From a virus (Duplodnaviria; Caudoviricetes), in the IMG/VR virus record IMGVR_UViG_2806311071_000002, positions 58,256 to 122,255 of that record: a stretch of DNA of 64,000 nt; one strand, 5' to 3'. Below are positions 9,030 through 19,078 of this stretch, one piece after another. The stretch's first letter is position 1. The number at the start of each line of letters is the position of its first letter. The position numbers and the translations under genes were made by a program. Under the pieces are notes generated by a model. It did no database searches, was not told the DNA's origin, and was given only the letters and a program-made list of their open reading frames with translations.

Positions 9030-9350
9030 CTAACTAATTAATGGCTTAATTTCTTTTACATATAAAAAAAACTGCTGTTGACCTTCAAGAATGCCAAACA
9101 TTTCATGCCTACCAGTAAAGACCCATTGAGGTGACTCCCCATTTGTCTGTATCTCTACAGTAAAGCTAGTTCCTTTTGTATTAATCTCTTCATCTTCCTC
9201 AAGTTCATAATGATGTTCAATTAATTTTTTCAGAGTTTGACTGTCTTTTATTTCTTTCGAATAAAACGTTAACTCCTGATTTTCATATTCCTTTAGTTTA
9301 AAGCCATTGTCTAGTAAGAATTGAAGGATGTTTTCATTTAATTTCGTCAT
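9030..9350 (-). CDS. Hypothetical protein (likely start MTKLNE)
   Basis: ORF with GAGAGGAG RBS. Confidence 0.55.
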   Translation of the reverse strand: MTKLNENILQFLLDNGFKLKEYENQELTFYSKEIKDSQTLKKLIEHHYELEEDEEINTKGTSFTVEIQTNGESPQWVFTGRHEMFGILEGQQQFFLYVKEIKPLIS

Positions 9351-9381
9351 GCTTTTTTCTCCTCTCTTTAAAACTGCTGTT

Positions 9382-10044
9382 TTATCCACTTCTTTGATAA
9401 TGTTTGTTTATATCTTTAAGTACAATAGCTTTAATTTTATTTTCATGCTCTTTGTCTACAAAAATCCTTATCACATTATCACAGTCTATGTGTTCTAAAT
9501 GCTCAAGCTCTTGCTGTGTATCAATATAAATAATATCCCCTATACGTTTATTCCCGTATTTATCAAAGAAATATTTAACTCCCTCGTCATATTCCCTGTC
9601 CCATCTTTCCTTCCTAATTTGATCAATTGGTGAATTAGAGGTTTTATTCGTAGAGTCAGATTGATCTTCCTCATTTATTTTAGTTGCCTTCTCCTTCATT
9701 TGAGCTTGTTCGATAATTTCTTGCGGAGTATCTTCTATAATAAGATATTGATTAATAATATGATCTAGTGCGTTAATTATTTTATTTAGATAAACTTTTT
9801 TAAGAGGCTTCTTGAATTGATTGTAAGTCAAAGGTACTTCAATATAACCGCGGGCAAGTGTATCGTACTCCGCAAAACTATTTGAATTTTCATCACGCTG
9901 AATTACCTTATATTCAATACAAAGACTATTTGTATTACGATAAAGGCTAGTTTGAAGCGTTGTATTGTTATCTAAATTATATAGGTCGCATGTTGTTTCC
10001 ATACTTCCTCTGAATTGATTGAAATCTACTTGATATGTACTCAT
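9382..10044 (-). CDS. Hypothetical protein
   Basis: 220-aa ORF with GGAGG RBS, in the helicase operon. Confidence 0.65.
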   Translation of the reverse strand: MSTYQVDFNQFRGSMETTCDLYNLDNNTTLQTSLYRNTNSLCIEYKVIQRDENSNSFAEYDTLARGYIEVPLTYNQFKKPLKKVYLNKIINALDHIINQYLIIEDTPQEIIEQAQMKEKATKINEEDQSDSTNKTSNSPIDQIRKERWDREYDEGVKYFFDKYGNKRIGDIIYIDTQQELEHLEHIDCDNVIRIFVDKEHENKIKAIVLKDINKHYQRSG

Positions 10045-10089
10045 CTTAATGCCTCCACACTGGTTAAAATATGCATTTCATTTAGATTA

Positions 10090-11886
10090 TTAACAAACAA
10101 GCTCCTGTTGCCTATACTCATCAAAAAACATATTACAGTGACCAATTTGACTAAGATACAGGCTCTCCTTAGGTCTTGTTACGCCGACATAAAATAATCT
10201 CGCTTCGTCTAGAAGATCGCTTTTCCTATGTGGAAACTTACCATCTTCAACCCCAATTAAGAACACATGTTTAAATTCTAGACCCTTGCTTGCGTGAATA
10301 CTCATTAATCTCACCGCATTTTCATTTTTCTTTTTACTTGGCTTGCTGCCGTATACAAAATTAATGAACTGCTCTAAGTTATTATTCTTTACAAATTTCT
10401 TCATTGTATTGAGAGATTCTTTTCTGTCAGTTATCTCATCTTCATCGAGGTATTTCTCTTCTATGTAATCATTCATTCTGAAAGTTTTAACTACATTGTC
10501 GATCAATTCTTCCACGGCAATTCCTTTAAGCACTTGCATTTGGAGTTTATTAATCATACTTTGAAATTTCAAGACATTATCGTTTTGAGTCGGACGATCA
10601 AATCTCAAATTTAACATCGCCTCATATAGGGACATATTTGTTTGTCCGGCAAATGACTCAACATCTTTTAAATTCTTATTGCTAAAATAACGAAAAGGAT
10701 CATTCCTTAGTGTGAAAATATCTCGAAAGGCTGCATCATCATGTGGATCACGAATTAATCTTAAATAAGCTACAATCCCTCTTACCTCTTTTCTCTTAAA
10801 AAAGCTCCCATTGTTAGTAATATCATATTCAATTTCACGCCTTTTTAGTTCATTCTCAACATAGCTAGAATGAGAGTTTAATCTATAAAGGACACAAACT
10901 TCTGATGGTTTTTCACCGGCTTTAAGCAATGTTTCAATTTTATCAGCTGTATTCAGACCTTCTGCTTCTCTGTCTTGATATGTTAGTGTCTGAATTTCGC
11001 CATTGTTATGAATATTAGGGATGGAGTCTGCGTAATGTTCATAGTCACCGTAGTATTCCTTGATAAAGCTGTTTGCGTTATCAACTATGTTTTTATTTGA
11101 TCTATAATTTGTATCCAGGTTAATCACAGTGGCGTTTTCCCAATCCTTTTCAAACTCCATACAATACTCAGTATTGCCGCCTCTAAATGTGTAAATAGCT
11201 TGTCTATAATCAAATAAACAGAATATGTTCCCAGAGGCGCACAGCTCTTTTAAAATGAGGTTTTGTACTAAGTTAGAATCTTGATGCTCGTCTACAAGAA
11301 TAAATTCATACGTATACTTATATTTATTGTTTTTTAGTACCTTGTAACACTCTAATAAATAATCATCATAATCGAACAGTCCATTCTTGGTTTTAAAAGC
11401 TTCATACTCCTTATAGAAGAGTCGTAATTGCTCCTCAGTATATTTACTCTCTTTAATTAAAAACTCGTCTGTGCACCCCCTTAAAAAGTTCTTTTGGTAG
11501 CTGATGAAACCCGTTATGTCTTTAATGTCTGGTTTCTCTTCAAGTGATTTAAAACAGTTTTCTCGCTGCCATTCTTTAATCGTATTTTTATCGTTAATTT
11601 CAATTCCCTCTTTGAGAAGAATGTTGCGGCATACTGAATGAAATGTACCTACATTCACACTGGTTAATTTCTGCTTATGTAATTTCTTCTTAAGATCATT
11701 TGCAGTATTACGTGTGAAACTGATAGCTAAAATATCTTCTTGATCTTCACTGTAATCCCTTACTAATGTTTTAACACGGTTAAGGAGAACGGTGCTTTTA
11801 CCGCTCCCTGCCCCTGCAATGACTGCGCAAGCTCCTTTATAAAAATTAATCGCTTCTAGTTGTTGTTTATTAAACTTAACAGTCAT
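10090..11886 (-). CDS. UvrD/PcrA-like SF1A DNA helicase
   Basis: AGAGSGKS, LVDEHQD, NYRS, SIHASKGLEF and RLFYVGVTR motifs. Confidence 0.9.
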   Translation of the reverse strand: MTVKFNKQQLEAINFYKGACAVIAGAGSGKSTVLLNRVKTLVRDYSEDQEDILAISFTRNTANDLKKKLHKQKLTSVNVGTFHSVCRNILLKEGIEINDKNTIKEWQRENCFKSLEEKPDIKDITGFISYQKNFLRGCTDEFLIKESKYTEEQLRLFYKEYEAFKTKNGLFDYDDYLLECYKVLKNNKYKYTYEFILVDEHQDSNLVQNLILKELCASGNIFCLFDYRQAIYTFRGGNTEYCMEFEKDWENATVINLDTNYRSNKNIVDNANSFIKEYYGDYEHYADSIPNIHNNGEIQTLTYQDREAEGLNTADKIETLLKAGEKPSEVCVLYRLNSHSSYVENELKRREIEYDITNNGSFFKRKEVRGIVAYLRLIRDPHDDAAFRDIFTLRNDPFRYFSNKNLKDVESFAGQTNMSLYEAMLNLRFDRPTQNDNVLKFQSMINKLQMQVLKGIAVEELIDNVVKTFRMNDYIEEKYLDEDEITDRKESLNTMKKFVKNNNLEQFINFVYGSKPSKKKNENAVRLMSIHASKGLEFKHVFLIGVEDGKFPHRKSDLLDEARLFYVGVTRPKESLYLSQIGHCNMFFDEYRQQELVC

Positions 11887-11887
11887 T

Positions 11888-12490
11888 CTAAATAATGCCC
11901 CCTTTTGTTCCCTCTTCTGTTTTTTCTAGATATGTATATAAAGCATTGATCTTTTCTTTTTCAAGTGTTTCATCTTCAAGCATGAGTATGTATTCGTTGA
12001 TCTTTTTGTCAATGTACTTTCTGCTGGGCGCCCATCGCTTAACAATTTTCAATGCAGCTTCAAAGTCATTAATGTTAATACTTGAAGTATTAGGCACATT
12101 TAGAGCCTCAGACACCTTTCGATAGCACTGCATCAATAACCCTCTATAAAATAAAATATGCTCTGGACTGCCAATCGGCTTTACATAATCAAACACTCTA
12201 CTTTTAGCAGCATTTTTAAACTCCAGAAATTTTCCTGATTTATCATGTTGGAAAGTAAAGAATGTTTCATCATATTCTTTAAATTTGCCTTCCATCTTTG
12301 AAATTTCTTCTGCATTTTCACTTTCTTTTAAAGACAACTGCTCAACTTGCAGCTCCAGCTCTTTTTGTTTATCAGCCATTTTTATAAAATCTTCACTTAA
12401 TCTATTCACTTTTAAACTTAATACCTTGTCCATGAGCATATCAATTTCTCCGTTTGACATTTTGTTCAATTCCAATTCATTAATCGCCAT
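11888..12490 (-). CDS. Coiled-coil + ORF6C-like domain phage protein
   Basis: C-terminal LNVPNTSSININDFEAALKIVKRWAP is ORF6C-like; likely start MAINEL after GAGGTGG. Confidence 0.5.
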   Translation of the reverse strand: MAINELELNKMSNGEIDMLMDKVLSLKVNRLSEDFIKMADKQKELELQVEQLSLKESENAEEISKMEGKFKEYDETFFTFQHDKSGKFLEFKNAAKSRVFDYVKPIGSPEHILFYRGLLMQCYRKVSEALNVPNTSSININDFEAALKIVKRWAPSRKYIDKKINEYILMLEDETLEKEKINALYTYLEKTEEGTKGGII

Positions 12491-12491
12491 A

Positions 12492-13409
12492 TTAAACCAC
12501 CTCAATAATATTATTTTTATCCGTGATTTTTCTCATTTCTTTGCACCAGGATTCTACATGCCCAATTACAGAATCCAGATTGTTTATTATAATTTGATTG
12601 TCACTCATATTCCTTATGGCCTTTGCATATTTTACAGGCGCTAAGCTACCTTTTAGCACTTTTTCAATCTGCCAAACCATTTCAGAAAGCTCTGAAGTGG
12701 CCTCAACTTGTCTCCCTAAATCATCCTGTTCTCTTGTTACGGCCTTTAATTTGTTTGTTAGCTCCTCATATTCTTTTACTTTCACATCACTCCTTTCAAG
12801 TTGTTGTTCTAAGATCATTTTTTGTTTAGATAAGTTTTCATATTTTTTGTTTTGATACTCTAATTCTTTTTTTAATGTGTCTATTTGCTTGTAGTCAGTG
12901 TTATCAATGACTTTTTCAACAACTGTCCTGTTCTTCTTTTCTTGGCTTAATTCATAACTAAGATTCTTATTATCCTTTTCAGCTTTCCTCAGCTTAGCTT
13001 CAAGTTCTTTGTATTCCTTTAATGTCTTAACTTCTCCATTTAAGACTGCTTCCTTAGCTTGTTTCTTTGACTCTGTTGATTCTGATGAGGGTTTAGCTAT
13101 TTCATATGTTAGAGATACAGGTAGGTCTTCTATCAATTCTTTACTGTGACAATTTGTCACAATTAATTCATACCGTTGTATTAACCTACTAACTGCCTTT
13201 CTATTGATTCCTATGGACATGCACCATTCTTCAAAACACCCGTATCTATTCTTAGCCAGCATGTCTTGTGCTTCCTTTAGCTCTCTTCCCAGCTCTGTAT
13301 AAGCTTTACCGACAATCTCACGCATGTTAAATTCTTTTTGTTTAAGGAAATCAGCAGTTGATTGATCGACTAAATCATATTTGAACTCTGTTGATAACTC
13401 GTTTGTCAT
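12492..13409 (-). CDS. DUF3102-like coiled-coil phage protein
   Basis: ELGRELKEAQDML...YGCFEEWC motif. Confidence 0.55.
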   Translation of the reverse strand: MTNELSTEFKYDLVDQSTADFLKQKEFNMREIVGKAYTELGRELKEAQDMLAKNRYGCFEEWCMSIGINRKAVSRLIQRYELIVTNCHSKELIEDLPVSLTYEIAKPSSESTESKKQAKEAVLNGEVKTLKEYKELEAKLRKAEKDNKNLSYELSQEKKNRTVVEKVIDNTDYKQIDTLKKELEYQNKKYENLSKQKMILEQQLERSDVKVKEYEELTNKLKAVTREQDDLGRQVEATSELSEMVWQIEKVLKGSLAPVKYAKAIRNMSDNQIIINNLDSVIGHVESWCKEMRKITDKNNIIEVV

Positions 13410-13414
13410 TGTCT

Positions 13415-14269
13415 TTACATCCTTTCCAAGTTGCCGTTCCGATCCATTTTTAACTTTATGTTTTTCAAAGGATTGTCCTCTTTTTTCACTTTTATTGATT
13501 TGGAACCATCTTCATCATGATCAATCAACTCACTTGCTATAAGCTCTTGAAGCTTGTCTATTCTCCTCTTCTGGCTTTTAACTTTGTTACTAAGTTTATT
13601 GATCTTGTCATCTTTATCAGCTAATAGTTTGTTTGTTCCAGTTTTCTCATGTTTCAAAGACAAAATTTCGTTTTTAAGATCAAAGATTTCTTTTGTTGAG
13701 GTTTCTGTCATGTTTTGCACAGATTGCTGCATATTAAAAATCGGTGCTAACAATTTCTTTACCTCATGTAGAATTTGTATATTGTTCGACTTCATCATTT
13801 CTTTTATCACATTTGTATTTGAAGCAGATTCAACAACTTCTTTTCTTTCATGAAAAACTGCTGGAACAATTTCTTGTTGATCACCGTCCTCCTGGTCTGT
13901 GAGTTCTTTTCTTATCTTAATGGCTGTATCTGAATTTTTAAGGATCATTGCCAATCTTAAGGCTGCTCTTTTAGGAACGATATATAGCTTAATGAATTTC
14001 CCAGGCATATTATATTTATGCTTAAATCCTTCAAGCTCTAATCCTTCTAGTTTCTTTAGTCCATCATCAACCAAAACCTCATTATTTCTGTGAATGTATG
14101 TAGTTAATGTAGGTACTTTCATTCCGAAATACTCTGACAAAAATTTTATTGAGGTGTGTTTTTTGTCACCTAGCATCTTTAACTTTTTCACTTTGTCCAA
14201 GACGTCAATTCGATCCATGTACTGCTCTCTTTCACTTTCTTTGATTAAATATAGATTGGTATTCTTCAT
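13415..14269 (-). CDS. Putative DNA-binding/antirepressor-like protein with coiled coil (likely start MKNTNL)
   Basis: AAAGAGGAG RBS before the ATG at 14269; RAALRLAMILKNSDTAIKIR resembles phage antirepressor N-domains. Confidence 0.5.
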   Translation of the reverse strand: MKNTNLYLIKESEREQYMDRIDVLDKVKKLKMLGDKKHTSIKFLSEYFGMKVPTLTTYIHRNNEVLVDDGLKKLEGLELEGFKHKYNMPGKFIKLYIVPKRAALRLAMILKNSDTAIKIRKELTDQEDGDQQEIVPAVFHERKEVVESASNTNVIKEMMKSNNIQILHEVKKLLAPIFNMQQSVQNMTETSTKEIFDLKNEILSLKHEKTGTNKLLADKDDKINKLSNKVKSQKRRIDKLQELIASELIDHDEDGSKSIKVKKEDNPLKNIKLKMDRNGNLERM

Positions 14270-14317
14270 GTTATGTATTCTCCTCTTTAATTTATATTTT
14301 TTATATTTTCTAATCAC

Positions 14318-14373
14318 ATTATATACTGATCACTTTAATAATTCAACAATTTATATACATATTTTTTATTTTT
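14318..14373 (-). promoter_or_regulatory. sigmaA promoter TTGAAT-17-TATAAT with TGATCACTTTAA in the spacer and the 19-bp repeated element upstream
   Basis: Hexamers at 14346-14341 and 14323-14318; elements at 14327-14338 and 14355-14373. Confidence 0.65.
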
Positions 14374-14593
14374 ATATGATTAAATATAATGCTCATGAGG
14401 GGGTTTGGGGGTGGTGTGAGCAAAAATTGTTCAGGTGAGGAACGAACCGTTTTGAACAATTATCAGCACCCCCATTCTCTTATTTTATTTATTAAATTAT
14501 TTACCTCTTTTCTTCTACGAGAGACCCCCTTCAAACCCTTACGTATCAAGGGTTTCAAAAACGATTTATTGCTTTTTTTTTCATACGCCTTAT

Positions 14594-15826
14594 TCATATC
14601 TTGTTTTCAAGCCAATCTTTTAACAGCTTTCTCATTCTTGATGAAGGAACATAAATATCGATATTTTGACCATTTCTAATTGCTGATCTCCAAATCCATT
14701 GAATCATTTCAGAAAGTGCAAAATTATCTTCGTTAATGTCAACTCCCTTGGATCTAAAGTAATCATCAATTGCAGGATTGACAAATCTATTTATAGAATA
14801 AACTAATGTTTTCTTATGGCTGTATTCGTTTGTTGCCTTGATGTTACAGGCTAAAAACCCTTTAGTATAACCTTTACCACTTAGCTTGCTCTTATGTGAT
14901 TTAAACGTTGTCCATAGATTGTCCTTAGACTTTGATTTAATGATATTTTGATAATAATTAAGTATGTTATTCTTTAGTCTTTTATGTAACACTGACCGTT
15001 TTTCAAACCACGTTTTTGATAATGCATAATAGTCATCACCGATTTTATTTAAATCACCTTCATATATTCTAATTTTATTCTTAAGTTTATCCTTCTTTGC
15101 TTTATCAAACTGCTTATTATGCTGCATCAATTTGTAGCTGTGATTGTCTTTAACTACGGCATAAAGTTCATATTCAATTCCATGAATATCATAATAATAT
15201 TTCTGTATCTGCGCATCAAACAAATATGTAAGGTTGTATACTTGCTTAAATTGAGTAAAAATGTCGACTGGGAATTGCCAAAAAAGTACGGAATCATTGT
15301 GCAGAATTAAGTTATTACTCTTGGCTAACTGCTTAAGCGTTTGGAATTCTCCTCTATACTCCCTATTAAGATTCTTTTCTTGATCATCATTCCATATGAT
15401 TATTCCGTTTTGATTCTTAATCCATTCATTTTGAAACAACATATCTAAATCATCTTTAGATATATTTAATTTCTTTACTACTTCCATTGTTTCATCAAGT
15501 ACAAGTGTATAATTCCCCGAATAAATCAATTCTTTAGTTGTTTCATTAGCCATACTGAACAAAGCATGAGTTGTCACAATGTCATTGTTATCCGCTAAAT
15601 GTTTGTGCAATGAGTCCAGTTTATAGAGTGTTTCACCCTCCTCACTATGTATTTTCGGTTCGTAAAACTTTCTATTGGTGCATGACCGCTTTATCCTTGT
15701 TACCTCGTCAAGATAAGGTGTGATGAAAATGAAGTGTTCATCTTTCGGTGCCTCATTCATCATTCTAATAATGTATGTTGTTTTACCAGATCCCATAATG
15801 GAATCAATCACTTTAATCTTTTTCAA
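14594..15826 (-). CDS. yonV: P-loop NTPase / helicase-like protein
   Basis: 410 aa, MGSGKT Walker A, LVLDE Walker B, QWIWRSAIR; SPbeta position. Confidence 0.8.
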   Translation of the reverse strand: MKKIKVIDSIMGSGKTTYIIRMMNEAPKDEHFIFITPYLDEVTRIKRSCTNRKFYEPKIHSEEGETLYKLDSLHKHLADNNDIVTTHALFSMANETTKELIYSGNYTLVLDETMEVVKKLNISKDDLDMLFQNEWIKNQNGIIIWNDDQEKNLNREYRGEFQTLKQLAKSNNLILHNDSVLFWQFPVDIFTQFKQVYNLTYLFDAQIQKYYYDIHGIEYELYAVVKDNHSYKLMQHNKQFDKAKKDKLKNKIRIYEGDLNKIGDDYYALSKTWFEKRSVLHKRLKNNILNYYQNIIKSKSKDNLWTTFKSHKSKLSGKGYTKGFLACNIKATNEYSHKKTLVYSINRFVNPAIDDYFRSKGVDINEDNFALSEMIQWIWRSAIRNGQNIDIYVPSSRMRKLLKDWLENKI

Positions 15827-16080
15827 ATTTTATCCCCTTATATTTTCTTTTTAAAAAAGGAACGATAAACATTTTACCGCTCCTTCTCATACCTTAAATT
15901 CAATAGTTAGTTCTCTCTTCAAGATCATTAAAGTATCCTTCCCGCCTAGAAAATGAATCATTATTGCACTGTTGATCACTTGTTTATAATGGCAACATAG
16001 ATGCAATTTCTCCAGGTTCATTTGTGACAGTCCATTTATTTGTCCCGCTCATCTCAAATAAGCACCATATAGTGTGATGA

Positions 16081-16299
16081 TTAGTTAGACTTGTCTACAT
16101 TCTTTCCGCGTAAAGCAAAGTAAATGATCCATAACAAAACGATGATAACACATGTTACTATAAAGACAATCGTAATAAGCGACTGTATTCCGCTGCTGAA
16201 GTAATCTTTGATGAAGAGGAACAATAAGAATAAAATAACAAATGTAATGTTCGTAAACCACAATGAGAATCGTTTCATGTTTACAAAGTGCTTGATCAT
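16081..16299 (-). CDS. yoyJ: Small membrane protein of the yonT/yoyJ locus
   Basis: MIKH..NMKRFSLWFT N-terminus, two TM segments, downstream of yonT. Confidence 0.8.
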   Translation of the reverse strand: MIKHFVNMKRFSLWFTNITFVILFLLFLFIKDYFSSGIQSLITIVFIVTCVIIVLLWIIYFALRGKNVDKSN

Positions 16300-16312
16300 G
16301 TTATAATATGGG

Positions 16313-16416
16313 TAGCAACTAAAGGGGAAATTAATCCCCTTTAGAGATGTTATTTGCGTGTACGTTTGCGTTGTCTCTTTGGTCGGAGACGCTTGCGTAT
16401 ACGCTTTATTTTTTTG
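16313..16416 (+). ncRNA. SR6-like antisense antitoxin RNA (approximate ends)
   Basis: Plus-strand promoter TTTACA-16-TATAAT (16280-16307), then a hairpin, then a GCGTGTACG/CGTATACGC stem with a T run, antisense to the yonT 3' end. Confidence 0.7.
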
Positions 16417-16550
16417 TCTATCTCTTTCGCCTTTTTGCTTTTCTTATTCTTCTTTATGTTTTGGAATTTCTCAACTATCGTCAAACAGTTGATGATTAAA
16501 ACCGTTATAGGAATAAGAAAAGCAATTGCTATACCCACTTTCTCAAGCAC
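16350..16550 (-). CDS. yonT: Type I toxin (one TM + basic tail)
   Basis: MLEKVGI...TIVEK...RIRKRLRPKRQR as in SPbeta YonT; AAAGGAGGTG RBS. Confidence 0.88.
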   Translation of the reverse strand: MLEKVGIAIAFLIPITVLIINCLTIVEKFQNIKKNKKSKKAKEIDKKIKRIRKRLRPKRQRKRTRK

Positions 16551-17477
16551 TTATGTACACCTCCTTTCCCTATGTATCTATTATAACATTTTCCATACTA
16601 AATGTATACAATTATTATACTTATTTTTTATTTTTGTATCGTATTAGTGAATAGCGTATTGTCCATTATAATTGCGTATATGAGGATGTGGAGTTAAGTA
16701 GACTTATGGTATTAGATTGGAGATAAGAAGGCTTAGAAAGGCATTAGAAAGCTTCTGGAGGGATACTGTGAGTAATAATGTGAAAAAGTTAGGAATGATA
16801 TAGGATGATGTGCTGAATGGATATGTGAAAGAGGAAACAGGATGAAGGAAGACTATGAATGTGATTAATGCGGAGAATTGGAATGCGTAATATGATGAAG
16901 AATAAAAAAATAAGACTTCGATTTGCTTCCTCTCGTTATACCCACGATTATTTTTGATGAATGGTCATTCATATTTAAAGTACGCCCTTATTTAATTTTT
17001 GAAAATAAATCTTGTTTTTCGTTTGTAATCGTGGTAAAGCCTCAGTTTAATGGCTGAAATCATCAAATGCAGGTATAACGGATATTATATGTGCATTACA
17101 TTACCAGTATATGGGGGTGTATTAACATCTAAAGGCCAAAAAACAGGAACAAATGTACCCCTAGCACTTCCATTTCCACACCCAACTTATTTTTTCACTT
17201 TCCCATTTTTCACCCTATTTTTACATCGTAATCGCTATCGTAAAAGCCTATAATATCAATGTTTTTCCACCCCTCATTCTTCCCTTTTTCATCAGATTTT
17301 TAACTGAACGACATCTTTCCCTCTCTCCTGCCTACGTTTTACGATCACAAAACACCTATTGTCCCCTTTGACAGCCCTAAAACATTGCTATTTCAACTAA
17401 TTACCCCTTTCCGATCTTCATTTACGATAAGCACTTTTTCAGCTCACGATCACCAGGGGGTCATTAAAAATCAAAAT

Positions 17478-17503
17478 AAAAAAGCCACCTTAGTAGGCAG
17501 CTT
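17478..17503 (-). terminator. Terminator after the tubulin-like gene
   Basis: AAGCTGCCT-ACTA-AGGTGGCTT followed by TTTT on the minus strand. Confidence 0.7.
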
Positions 17504-17513
17504 CCCTTTAAAA

Positions 17514-18625
17514 TTAGCGCTTTAGTCTCTTCAGTGCCTCCATATACGAGGTCTTTTTCGATTCCTTGCTCTCCAGTTTCTTCGGTTTAAATAAATCCTC
17601 TCTACGTCGATTTCTAGCTTTATAAACAATTGTTTCTTTCATCTCAGTGTTCCCTGTTTCAATTAGATCGTCTAACTGCTTCATCCGTTCATTGATCCAG
17701 GTTAATCCACTAAGAATGGTTATCGCCCTATTCCCCTTTTCATAATGCCCCTTAAATAAGTCTAAAGGCATTTTGTTATCAAAGACATTAAACAGCTCAT
17801 TATACGAAATATGCTCCATTAAGAACTCATGAACATCCAGAATAACTCCTGCTCTCATCACATTTTTAAACTCAACTGGAGTGAATATCGAATTGTTCCA
17901 TGATTTCTGTATGTCTTCATGCAGCTTATCAAAATACTTGCCCTCATTTGTAAATTCAGTGAGGTCTGTTTGAGCAATAGTCATGATTCCTGGTGTATCA
18001 AAAAGCTGATTTAAATCCTTCCTGTCTAATGTACTGATCTTTGATCCTCTGTCCGTGTAATTGAGTAAGACTTCAATTAAATCAAGGAACATCTTGTTTG
18101 TTTCCTTGTATAGTCTACTCTCAGAAATCTTCCCTTCATATTTACTCAAAACCATTTGATTATCCAAAGGTAAAACACATGTCTCTGGCATAGATAAGTC
18201 ATCAAGTAACTCCAGTGAATTCATCTGGTTAACCATACTTCATTGTTGTCAGGAAGGATTGGTACAGCAACTATTGTTTTATGAGTGAGACATTCGTTTA
18301 ACAATTCTAATAATATAGGAGCTACCCCTGAACCAGTTCCACCAGCTGCAGAGAAAACAACAAAAATGACTTGAACTGAAGGCTTTTCCATTGTGTTCTT
18401 TATAAACTCAATAGAAGATTCCCAGTTGTTTTTCATATGTTTCGCTGCTACACTTCTTTCTTTGCCAACTCCTTCTGTTCCAACCAGATGAAGCTTATCC
18501 TGGACATTAACCAATGAATTAAGGTCTGAAAGTGAATAATTTATTGCAACAGAATGAAATCCTCTCTTCATTGCTTCATCTGCAACACTTCCACCGGCCT
18601 GACCTACTCCAATAAATCCAAACAT
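17514..18625 (-). pseudogene. TubZ/FtsZ-family tubulin-like GTPase split by a 1-nt frameshift near 18236 (about 370 aa if restored)
   Basis: GVGQAGG, GVGK and AAGGTGSG tubulin motifs in 18221-18625; LDN, T7-like DRKDL and a basic tail in 17514-18236; the two ORFs overlap. Confidence 0.8.
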
Positions 18626-18924
18626 TAAACCCTCTCCCCTTCTAATTGATATCTCAAAGCTTCGTATCCGTAATCAGTTAACATTACTTTGTGGGATCTA
18701 GCCCCAGCCACAATTTTTATAAACATAAGAGCTTCAAGCCGATATAATGACTTTCTTAAAGCTGCTTCTGTCAAAGGCGTACCTGCTTCAATAGCTATAT
18801 CTTTGATTTCAATTTTGGAAATTGCTTTAACTTTAATGTCTGCTCCCCTTTCCGAAAGAAAAGTCAAAATTGACAAGTCATCAAAATTTAGGTTTGAAGT
18901 TATCAACTCAAAATAATTCCCCAA
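18625..18924 (-). CDS. Winged-helix DNA-binding protein, TubR-like partner (likely TTG start, 99 aa)
   Basis: GGAGGGAG RBS; LRKSLYRLE..FI......K..LTDYG wHTH pattern; its stop overlaps the tubulin ATG. Confidence 0.6.
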   Translation of the reverse strand: MGNYFELITSNLNFDDLSILTFLSERGADIKVKAISKIEIKDIAIEAGTPLTEAALRKSLYRLEALMFIKIVAGARSHKVMLTDYGYEALRYQLEGERV

Positions 18925-19078
18925 AATTACTCCCTCCACAAAATGATCAGGCTTGATATTTCTGGATAAAAGATTACCCAATATGATAATATCCGAAGTA
19001 ATCATTTTCTGCAACTATTGTAATCATTAATGCTTACAAAAAGAACATTACATTTAAAAAATCAATAACTCGATTGAG

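Noticed and set aside
10090-11886. Gabija GajB helicase
   Set aside because: No adjacent OLD/TOPRIM nuclease (GajA); the neighbours are phage coiled-coil proteins.
17145-17158. LexA (DinR) box GGAACAAATGTACC
   Set aside because: Mismatches the GAAC-N4-GTTC core, single copy, and no clearly associated promoter or gene.
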